Of a stretch of DNA of 64,000 bases, positions 51,501 through 61,327 are shown piece by piece. The stretch's first letter is position 1, and each line of letters starts with the position of its first letter. A program made the translations under genes and the position numbers. Origin of the DNA: Azolla caroliniana (Eukaryota; Plantae; Polypodiophyta). Location of the stretch: contig JBHGNT010000009.1 in assembly GCA_043228905.1 (NCBI GenBank), positions 10,912,001 to 10,976,000 of the forward strand. The letters run 5' to 3'. Under the pieces are notes generated by a model. It had not been told where the DNA came from and did not search any database. It saw nothing but the letters and a program-made list of their open reading frames with translations.

Positions 51501-54500
51501 ATTATACGTGATGCATGCATGACTAAGCCAAAATGAGGCAAACATGGCAGCCGACACAGCCAGTGAGTTGCGGCACAAGAGGCTATGCCACATGAGTCAA
51601 AAGGGGATGCAAATGCTAGCCGAAAAAGAACTCCTGTTGGAGGTGAAGAAAGTGCATCTGGACAAATGTGCCGATTGCCTGGCCGGAAAACAAAACAAGG
51701 CTGCTTTTCGCCCTAGGCCTCCGATGAGGAGGAAGAATGCTTTGGAACTCGTACATACGGATGTATGCCAGGTTGATGCAAAGTCACATGCCGTTGCAAA
51801 ATACTTTGTGACCTTCATAGACAACTATAGCTGGTAGTTGTGGGCTTTCGTGCTGAAGACAAAGGACCAAGTGCTGTCCGTCTTCAAAGAGTTCCAAGCA
51901 AGAGCGAAAAGAGAATCCAGACAAAAGCTGAAGGCTGTCCGGACTGATAAAAGGGGTGAGTACAGAGGTCAGTTTGAGGAATACTGGCAGTCTCAAGGTA
52001 TCCGGCTGGAGTATATAGTGCCGAAGACTCCAGAACTAAACAGAATGGCCAGAAGGATGAACCGGACCGTAATGGAAAGAGTTCGATGTATGTTGGCACA
52101 TGCAAAGTTGCTGAAGACCTATTGGATTGAGGCACTGAAGACGACAGTCTATGTAATTAATAGGTCCCACAGAGGGTGTGCCCTTCGGTGGTGATATCCC
52201 ATAGAGGGTGTGGACGAGCAAAGACGTGTCCTACCAACATCTGAGGTGTTCGGTTGCTTATCATATGTACACATTGCCAAGGACTGGAGAGGAAAGTTGG
52301 ATCCTAAGAGGGGGAGCCAGAAAGCTTCAAGTAAGCTAAGGGAGATACCCACAACCGAGAGTGGTTGCATGCGATGCAAGATGAGATGGACTCTTTGCAT
52401 GAGAACCACATGTACGAGTTGACCAAGTTGCCGAAAGGGCACTTCGGAACAAGTGGGTATACAAGCTAAAGCCGGGAGAAGGCGGCAATCTGTGGGCTCT
52501 CCTGGTTTTTTCCCCATTCCAAGGTTTCCACATTAACATCTTGTGTCCTTGTGTCAATGCATCATCTCTGTATTTCAGTTCTTTGTCTTTCTCTCTTGTG
52601 CTTGAAGTTCGGTTGTGGCCGATCCCATATCGAACATTGAGAACATTAGTAGATCAATAGCAGGAAGTCTCATGGGGCCAAAATATTCTATGAATAACCT
52701 GTGAGTATGGCCTGTTATCAGCTCTTGTAATTGTAACTCCTGATGTCTGGCAATAGGAGAGTCCTTGCTGTCTCAGGTCAGGGGCTCTTATAAGCTCTAT
52801 GAATTGCACATGGATCATAAAGAGGGTGAGGCATCTGTCTCTGATGACTTGGTAGGATGAGCAGCTGTAAGTGTAATGGTATTCTGTTGAAGATAAGGGA
52901 AGGCTTGCAGGATGGTGAGCTCTAAGGGAGGATTCAGGAGTTGTCTATTGATCAAACTAGCAGGCCATGAACAATAACGGATGGAACAGATTGAGAATTC
53001 CTGAAGAGCAGGAAAGCAGCAGAAAGAGATTATAACTATCGGTAAAGTTTGAAATAACTCCCACTGGACACAATCAGCGATTATGTATAATCCATCATAA
53101 ATCTCTCCTCCATAATTTCAACAACCTGCTCTGCTGTTCCAAAGTGCTTACAGTTTTTCCATTGCATAGAACTTTTTCGATTCTAGCTGATTAATATCCT
53201 TTCTCACACACTAAGCTAGAACCTATTTCATCCATGAACGCTAGCATCATAATGTACAATAATTTTGACTTGCGAAATTTAGTAAAAAAGGAATATAATT
53301 GCAACACTTACAGGCATTCAGTTCATCCATGAATTGAACATATCAAAACAAAATTTAAATCAAAATCCAGTATAAATTTCCCTGTCTTAGTCATTGAATA
53401 CCTTCTTATAAAACCCATGAAATGACCATGATACAGTTGTACATGACCTGCAAATGCAAAAGTTGACTGTTTAATAAAATGTCGTGAGTGAGAGTTCTAA
53501 TAACTTTATTTAAATGTATTTCATTATCTTAAATGTTACTTGGGAGGTTTGAATGTATCGCCAACTTGACGCCATTGTTTACCAACAGTGACCTTCATCC
53601 AAAAACGAGTTGTTGTAAGAGCTTAGTTATGAATTTCAAGTACTTTCTAAGTCTCACATCTCACGGATCTGAACCTCTACATACCATTATATCAAAATTA
53701 AAAGAAATTGTTTCAATTTACTGTTGCTACCAGCTATAAAGCAGAGAGGGCATGCGGGTAAAAGAAGAGCTGAATGAAGTGTGTTGGATGGTTCGAAGCC
53801 CCTATATAAGAAGTCAGGAAATTGTGGCATGATTGCAGTTAATATAGATGGTGAGACAGTTACTGGATTATGGAGAAAACATACCAGATTGTTACTCTCT
53901 GGAGATAAAAACAAAGGAACACTGAATCTGCAAAATGTTTGGTACAACAGTAAGGAAGTCAATTTTAGCGTGATATTTCGGACTAGAAATGTATTGCACA
54001 AGAATGAGGTCCACACAGCCAGTTACACATTAGCATCATCTTGTTCAAAGCCCTTGGATGTGCAGCTCTTTGCCACTAAGTGGATGTAGGGTCTATGTAG
54101 ATTATACCGAGACTGATTATATCAGTACATAGACTTTAGGGTTCTCTGACTCTAGATTTTCTATGCTATACTGAGATTCATTCTAGGTCTTGTATAAGAT
54201 AGGTTTCCATGTTTCTCTGATTCTAAGGTTTCTACAGTATTATTGCGTGTGGTTACCATATCATCTGATTGTTGGGATCATATATATCATACCGAAATGA
54301 GGTTTTGTTACCACACATTCATTAGGAATTTTTGAACTAAACCAAGATTAGAGATATGTGGATCATGCATTAATCATGCTATTAGGAGAAAATTAATCAT
54401 GCAATGCCTCAGTGGAACCAGAGCACCGCCTTGTGCCACCGAGTGCACTCAAGTATTACTATGGAGGACATTGATGTCATTCTAGAGAGACCAATGCATG

Positions 54501-57500
54501 AGGAACTTGTGAACAGTAACTTATTTCATTTCATAGGTTTCTTCAACACACCTCAAAGAAACCTATTGATTTACCGTTAAGTGTAACTTGTTTCATTTCA
54601 TTGGTTTCTTCTATACACCTTATAGAAATCTATTAATTTCCCATTTGGTGTGTAACTTATTTTATTTCGTAGGTTTCTTTGACACATCACACTCAATGTA
54701 ATTTCTTACATTTGTCATTTTTTTAGTTTTGTTATTAAATCTCGCTGGATGTAACTTATTTGGTCACATATTTAATTTTTTTCTTTTGAAGATGTTAACT
54801 CTAACTTGAACATGTACCATCTGAGCTATCAGGGCGTGTAAGTAACGGGACATTTTTCTTGTCAGAATCTTGACCTGTGGAAGAATACATGGACAAAGTG
54901 TTTCCTTTGGTTCAAATGAACATTGTGTGTAAAAAGATGATGAAAAACAAGAAAAATAGAAAACTATAAAAATGCCAAGGCTGCAAATATATAATTCACC
55001 TTTGCTCAGAAATGCCAAAATGGTCAGGCCCAATGACTGAAGAATGGACCCATGCAATATTAAATCTGGCAATAGCACAAGGTTTCCTCAAGACTCGTAA
55101 GATAATTGAATCAAAATCCATACATCGAAGGCAATAGAAATCAGCTCATCAATTATCACAGTTATGGTGTAATCTTGTATGGTAACATCTAGACAACACT
55201 GCTGAGCATCAACCCTGTGAAGGCTGAATTACACAGCAATAGAGTTGTGGGACAAGCAATTTTCCAACCAAAAGACAACACAATTGATCATGGTGTTTGT
55301 CTCTAAGTCATCGGCAAGTTGATATATAAGACAACCATTGTATTGTTCAATAGATTTCAAGAAATCTTCCAGCACAATCCTATGGGATGATGCAAAACGT
55401 GAAGTGTCAACACACAGAAGTTGCAGTGGCCTGGTTATACCAGCAAAATAAAGATGCATGTTGAAGACAACAAATAGAGACTTCTCTGGAAAGTTCATGG
55501 GCACCATAGGAGTGAAACAAGAGTTCTTCTTATCATTTACTCTATGTTAACATAGTGAATTCCCCGACAAAGAGATGGAGCAATAAGTACATATGCTTTA
55601 ATTGCATGATGGGATAATGCCTATGACATTGAGTATTAACACCATATAATGCTTGTGTGCCTATTGAAGATGTTAATGGAGGGGCAAAAAAGATGTCGAA
55701 TGGCAAAGCGCTAGATGCAAAATTAATGACAAGTGAGCTCTTGAAATGGACAAGACCGCAAACTCGTCAATGGATAGCAACTATCATGGATCAAGGTATC
55801 AAGCAAGATTGGCTCATGAATTGGATTAAACCAATCCATAAAGGAGGAGATAAAAATTTTGTATCCAACTATTGAACTGTCATGATTTCCTCAGTTATGG
55901 CCAAGTTATATAGCACTACCATGGAAAAAAAGATTAGGTTACAAGCTGAACATCATCACAAATGAACACTTATTCAAGCAGGCTTTCAACCAAAAAAATC
56001 AACTGTCGATCATTTGGTTACATTAAACGAGGCTGCAAAAGAATAAGGATCAGATGACCCAAAACTCATGCATGAGCTAAATTTTATACTTCTATACATA
56101 GTATGAGCCATACGTACTATATGTGCATTCGCATTCGTGAATGAGTGAAACATTCGCGTAAGAAAAACAACCTCAAAGAATGATAAATACCATACTTTTG
56201 GATTAACTAGTTATTATGAGGTAAATAAGCCTTCAAAATGAAAAAAAAACATTAAAAATATGGGAAAAAAAAAATACAAGAATGTTTGAATAACATTCGC
56301 ATTCGTTTTCCAATGTAGGAAAACGAATGCTATGCTAGACGAACACGAATTTTACGTACTATGCTTCTATATGCCAAGGATGTTGTTTTATTATGATATA
56401 GTTTGGATGATATGCAACACGTACATGATGTATTGCACGCATTATATCAAATCACTGAGCTACTTGTTAATGTAGAAAAAATAAAAATGATGGCAACAAA
56501 GGCAATACAACCAAGATACTACCCCACTTTTACATACAAAGGACCAATTACAAGTGTTGCAAAGCTTCAAATATCTTGGCATTAATATCCCATCAACAAA
56601 TAGGTGGAATGTATGACATGAGTCTAGACTTCAAGCAGGTTGGAATATGTTTGAGAATCAATCCAACCAAAGTGAGGCTCAAGGATGGGAAGTGAGATTG
56701 ATGCTATTCAAGGCTATGGTGATCGAACTGTTGCTTTATGGGGTGGAAATGTGGGGTGGCAGTATCTCACTTAGCGCACGGAATGAAACATAGAAAATCC
56801 AAATTTTGTTCTTATGTAGACAATTGTGGGTAAAATCCTCAATATCCTATCTTCTCATGCCATTAGAAATAAGGGCTTGGTCTATAGAGGTCCTACCCAT
56901 GCAAAGAATATACAAGTATATTACAGAAGTCAAGAATATAGGCTAAGAATGCCAAAACGTATCCAATGTGCCATACTCATATGTCCACCAAGAAGGGTGA
57001 TGAGCACATATGAGCGTGAAATATTTTCAAATAGAGAGTTTGTACTGGCAAAGTAGTAAACCCATTTCTTTGAAAGGAGTCACATACAAGAGGATATCTT
57101 GATTTGGTCCCATAGGTCAAGATCGGTCTTCTCATGGACAATAAAACATCTATTCTATCCTACATATTGACCTGCATAAGGAGAACGTGAAGAGAAACAT
57201 GAACCAAACATATGAAACAAATGGAGTACCCGACACATCAACATGCAAAAACATAATAATGACCTGGTTATACAAGCAAAGAAGATGTAGGTTGAAGACA
57301 AATAAGATTCGTTAGTCTCTTTTTATCTTATTTAGTTGTATGTTTACATAGTAGCATTTATTTTATTTTGATTTGTTGTTCTCAAAGACAAGACAACACT
57401 TAAGATGTAATCTCTTGTTTGGTCTTATCAGCCATTTTGGCCTCTTAAAAGATGTCAATATATCTTTCTTTCTTCTAGAGAGTTCATGAGCATGATGGAG

Positions 57501-60152
57501 TGAAACACAGATTCCTTTATCACCTATTCTATTTGGTCTACATATTGACCAAGTAGAAGAGTTTCATCCAAGAACCCTTCCTTACAACTTACAAGAATGG
57601 ATATCACCACAACCCAACATCACATATTTGAGAGCATGTGCCACTGGATTTAACTCCAAGGCGGGAGATTATACAAATAGTGATGCATGCATGGTGCAAA
57701 CTCTGCTCATGGAATGAAATAGAGAAAGTTCAAAACAAATCTCTATGCCATCATTAAGAGCACAACCCCATCTTCTCTAATGATTCTAGCGATGAGACAA
57801 ATTCCAAAAAAGTTTATGTGTCTACAATAACATATTGAGCACAAACACAACCCCATCTTCTGTAATGATTCTAGTAACCAGAAAAATTCCAATACAGTTT
57901 ATGCTTCTACAATAACATATTGAACGTAAGGACAAAGCCTCTAATTCACCTGTCCAAGGTGTTGTGAATGCTTACCACAAAAAACCAAGGAACTTTTCTT
58001 CCATCCAGGTGGGCTTAAGACATCGAGAAATGGTTTTCAAGATGGCATATTGACAAATATTTAGATGCACACAGAGGAAAAGAAAAAGAGTGGAGAACAT
58101 AAGCCTATATTTTACACAGCCACATTAGAAGCCATCTAGAGAACAACCTAACATAGATCGAGAACTAATGCAGCCACATTAATATTCAATATTGGGAAGT
58201 TACCAATGAAGATTCGCCAATACCAAAGCTCACATTGGGGAACCTAATACCAAAGCAAGCAAGATGTGCCATCACACTGACACACGCATACTCACGCATT
58301 TTGAAAATGGAAATTGGGAGTTAGCTGAATATTGAGCAGAAAAAGAGAATATGTGACATATGTGGCCTCAGCATACCAGAAATAGAAGAATGTGTCTCTT
58401 CGTAATCCATTGCATATGAGGACATCAGGCATGATTTTTCATGAATTCCTACAAAGTTGTACTTGCTTAATGAAGACAGAACTATTGCCAATGGCACTTG
58501 GAATACTTTTTGCCTGTCTAAACCACAAAATTCAACTCATCGAAAATCTAAACAATGTATTAAGAAAACAAAGTTAGTTTTTCATTTTACTTTTACTTTT
58601 CTTTTACCAACACAGTGGCTATGCAACACTCATCTCATACAGAGTAGCTATGCAATTTATGCTTGTAAAACCATCTCAGGTATCATTACCAATTGTAAAG
58701 CCATCTCATGCAGTAAGTTCATTATCATGGATCTTCCAAAAGCCTAGAGCTTTTCTTTCTGCTCGGTAAGGATAACCCAAAGTAACTCATATTTATAAAC
58801 ATGATTTGTCTCAGAGGACGATTTTTCCCTCTAGTAGACATTACTATATTTTTTAAATCTCTCTCTCAACATACACACATAAGAGCAAATAAAAGAATAA
58901 ACTCACCGCATCATAACCTCCTAGCCTTACCACCACTCTCCAAAGCCTGCAATGAAAAATTAAAGATGGTGTGCTAAAATAATTGAACTTTCTAGTCTTC
59001 ACACCTAAAAAATGTCTCTTTATATACATAACATAAGCAATATGGTATTAAACTGAGAAACTATAACTCTACTCTATACATTCAATCCATCACATCAAAA
59101 GATTTACTTGAACATGTTAAAACTAATTCCCTTTGTGTATGAAATAGGGAAAAACATAATTCCAACTATAAATTCAACCAAACAATTCAAGAAGCTCACT
59201 TGAGACAATTCAAATTCTCCCCATAGAATTTTGGGTGTCGATATTCCATCTTTCTTTCAGCAAAGAATTTCTCCAGTTCATGAACAAATTCTTCTTGCTC
59301 TTCAGCAGTTCCATCATCTTCCTCTGGTGGCCTTTGCAAAAAACTCAATGAATCGTCTTCATTTGCAATGTCTTCTTCTTCTTCTTTTCCAACCTCAGCT
59401 TCTCTCAATAATTCAAGATCGTCATCTTTCTCCATCATCAGATCCTCTTCTAAAGGCAAATGAATGGCAGGATCATAGTCTTCATTCATGATCATGTGAT
59501 GATCTGATGGTTCACGTTTCGCAGATATATCCTCTTCTCTCTGTGCATATCCATACTCCTCCTCCTCCTCTTCTTCTTCATCTTCTTCTTCATCATCATC
59601 ATCATCTTCTTCTTCTTCTTCTTCATCTTCTTCTTCATCATCATCGTCATCTTCTTCTCCTCCTCCTCCTCCTCCTCCTCCTCCTCCTCCTCCTCCTCCT
59701 TCTACTTCTCCTTCTGCTTCTTCTTCATTATCTTCATCTTCATCTTCATCTTTATCGTATATTCCTTCTTCATCTTCGTTCTTCCCTTCTCCTGCGTCAT
59801 CTTCATTGTTGTCTTCTTCTTCTTCTTCTTCTTCTCCTTCCTCATCCTGGTCCGAATTCTGAAGGCCTTTCTGCAAAGAATTAAGCTTTCTGCTTGTTTT
59901 CTGATTGAAGCCTAAAGACGGCTCCAGATGTGAATCCGAAGCTCCCTTGTTCTTCAGGGCTTCGATTTCTTCATCCTCGTCCTCGTCCTCGTCTTCGTCA
60001 TCCTCTCGTCTTCCTCCTCCTCCTTCTTCTCCATCTTCTTCTTCATGTTCTTGTTCTTGTTCGTCGCCTTCTTCTACATCGTCTGCTACTTCATGTTCAC
60101 GACTTGGCGATGGCGATGGCGATGGCGATGGCAAGAATGAAACATTGTCCAT
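39492..60152 (-). CDS. ARID (AT-rich interaction) domain + alpha-crystallin/Hsp20 domain protein (ARID3/5/6-, SIP1-like); 11 coding exons, ~634 aa
   Basis: Exons (minus): 60152-59200, 58946-58907, 53592-53540, 53447-53402, 48066-47953, 47825-47709, 47626-47578, 47500-47220, 47125-47075, 39764-39672, 39599-39492. All introns GT-AG, phases consistent, 1905 nt with no internal stop. Family motifs PKFYGENLNCLKLWR, GRARRDAASRAMQGWHSQ, DWVKI, NPWG. Confidence 0.93.
39672..39764 (-). CDS. ARID-Hsp20 gene exon 10
   Basis: VRIQCEPGGQLIIAGEPEEPNNPWGLTSFKK; CAG / GTAAG. Confidence 0.93.
40038..43770 (+). mobile_element. Ty1/copia with tandem LTR-PBS-gag units; truncated in the INT zinc finger
   Basis: LTR 40038-~40613, PBS 40616-40627, gag 40704-41299. 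Second partial LTR ~41297-41711, PBS 41714-41725, gag 42217 (MASSSSDVTNLFEIRRFEGTGFDLWK), CYQCSKKGH, LWHKRLGHMS. Confidence 0.9.
43771..44730 (-). mobile_element. Ty3/gypsy integrase fragment
   Basis: HDAPSTGHP..FYWPKM..CHQCQ, WESISMDFI, DHPQSDGQ. Confidence 0.85.
44765..45011. repeat. Degenerate low-complexity tandem repeat (TGTGTTTTCTGCAATGTC-like, ~21-27 bp units)
   Basis: Recurring TTTTCT(G/A)C(A/C)A core. Confidence 0.75.
46255..47024 (+). repeat. Three LINE 3'-end copies (46255-46370, 46568-46650, 46917-47024); fourth at 57357-57475
   Basis: Shared TTGTTCTCAAAGA...G(G)CCATTT...TTAAA...TAATA followed by a TTTC/TC tail. Confidence 0.8.
47075..47125 (-). CDS. ARID-Hsp20 gene exon 9
   Basis: HDCFEVYALIPGLVREE; CAG / GTATC. 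Confidence 0.92.
47220..47500 (-). CDS. ARID-Hsp20 gene exon 8
   Basis: SLPKKKK (NLS-like)...DEGPKVDWVKITVHKT; CAG / GTGAGT. Confidence 0.85.
47578..47626 (-). CDS. ARID-Hsp20 gene exon 7
   Basis: QEKGQGSSKRSKQLKM; TAG / GTATGT; its phase-1 end fits the next exon. Confidence 0.78.
47709..47825 (-). CDS. ARID-Hsp20 gene exon 6
   Basis: QPSTSSLGRARRDAASRAMQGWHSQHIFGNGDVGDHVVK; CAG / GTGAC. Confidence 0.92.
47953..48066 (-). CDS. ARID-Hsp20 gene exon 5
   Basis: ALLDYERYKMHG...PGASQ; CAG / GTATA. Confidence 0.9.
49461..52636 (+). mobile_element. Ty1/copia (Tnt1/Tork-like), internally deleted, in intron 4
   Basis: TSD TTGAG (49456-49460 / 52637-52641). 5' LTR 49461-49990, decayed PBS ~49994, gag/PR/INT remnants (CADCLAGKQ, ELVHTDVC), partial 3' LTR ~52489-52636. 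Confidence 0.92.
53402..53447 (-). CDS. ARID-Hsp20 gene exon 4
   Basis: SCTTVSWSFHGFYKK; CAG / GTATT. Confidence 0.92.
53540..53592 (-). CDS. ARID-Hsp20 gene exon 3
   Basis: VTVGKQWRQVGDTFKPP(K); AAG / GTAAC. Confidence 0.9.
54517..54760. repeat. Degenerate tandem repeat, ~67-70 bp unit, 3-4 copies
   Basis: GTAACTT(A/G)TTT..TTTC.T.GGTTTCTT recurs at ~54517, 54584 and 54652, with a partial copy at 54751. Confidence 0.7.
55640..57050 (+). mobile_element. Degenerate LINE reverse-transcriptase remnant in intron 2
   Basis: WIKPIHKGGDKNFVSNY, QAGFQPKKSTVDHL, LLYAKDVVL (decayed YADD, after MITE removal), VNVEKIKMM, FKYLGI. Confidence 0.82.
56097..56363. mobile_element. Non-autonomous hAT-type DNA element (MITE, 267 bp)
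   Basis: 8-bp TSD CTTCTATA (56089-56096 / 56364-56371), termini CATAGTA...TACTATG, repeated CATTCG/CGAATG internal motifs. Confidence 0.8.
57760..57922. repeat. Degenerate tandem duplication (~86 bp unit)
   Basis: CACAACCCCATCTTCT.TAATGATTCTAG...TCTACAATAACATATTGA occurs twice. Confidence 0.7.
58907..58946 (-). CDS. ARID-Hsp20 gene exon 2
   Basis: (K)LWRVVVRLGGYDA; CAG / GTGAGT. Confidence 0.92.
59200..60152 (-). CDS. ARID-Hsp20 gene exon 1 (acidic region and ARID start)
   Basis: First ATG after an in-frame TGA (60192-60194); ends ...PKFYGENLNCL-K with donor GTGAGC. Confidence 0.9.
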
Positions 60153-61327
60153 ACCAAACACTCCCTCGCTCTGTGTTGCGGTCACACAGAGTCAATCACA
60201 GTCACAGTCGCTCGCTCACTCAGAAACAAAGAGAGAGGAGCCTAGAGAAGTATGAAGAAGGGAAAATAGAATTAAAATGTGATGATTGATCGTTCTCTCT
60301 CTCTCTCTCCATATCATAAACGAAAGTAAAAGAAAGAGAAAGAAGGTTGGTTCCTCCCTCACCCATCATGTCTTGTCCCAAAGAGAGTGAGAAAGAGAGA
60401 TTGTGTGTGCGCTTCATTACGATCGCGTCAATTGGTCTTTTGTTTCCGGGTTAATGGATGGAAATGGGCTGTGCACCACCACTGGACCATCATGTATGTC
60501 CATGGCATCTTCAGATTTTGCCCTCATGAGATATGTTTGTCAAGGATGCCCATTGTTACTCACCTCTTGTTGGTGATGTATTCAAGCATGCAACTAATGG
60601 TGATATGGTGGGTCTACACCTTCCATCTGTGGACAAATGGTGGCACGGGGTTTGGCGGATAATTCTTTCATGGTTCTATGAGCCTCACGTGAGAATCTTG
60701 AGAAGGGGATGCTCGTATTGGATCCATTTGCCTTGACATCTGGTTTGCATGTTAATTGGAGGACTTCTTGCCTCATCTCATGTACTAAGAGTGTTTTGGA
60801 ATGTCTAAGATGGTAAGGATCCATGGGTAGTAAAGGCTTTGTATTAGTAGTGACAATGTTAAGTATTCGGCACTTAGCACACCACTCGTGGAGAGTGTGG
60901 CACCAACGAAGGACAAAGAGCTCAACTAGCCCCCCGAGCAACATAACTCCTGAAGCTACTCCCAAGCAAGTGGTTGCCCCTAAAGATCTATGGAACCTTG
61001 ACTGGCATCTCCAAGATATGGTGCAAGAACTAAAAGCCATTGAACAAGAAATGCAGTTGTGGACATCACAACTTACCAAAGATGACCAACCTGACTCACT
61101 CATGCAAGATTTTGAAGCCACATTATCCAAACAAAAAGTGGTGTATGTTAGAACGCAACAAAACCTCAAGCTCCTAGAGGGAACAATGCAAAACCAACAC
61201 GAGACCCCCATCTCCACATGGATTAGAGTCTAATCTTCTCTCTAGCACAACAAGAGGCAACTCCCAAAGTGGGCAAGCCCAAGAAACATCACTTCCAAGA
61301 GTTCTAGATACTAACCATGTGGCAAAC

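Noticed and set aside
60153-60185. ORF-track start of the 329-aa acidic ORF at 60185
   Set aside because: It is a GTG; the first ATG after the upstream in-frame stop is at 60152. The apparent stop at 59196 lies inside intron 1.
59507-60289. Plus-strand poly-Leu/His/Ser ORFs
   Set aside because: Antisense shadows of the trinucleotide repeats in exon 1.
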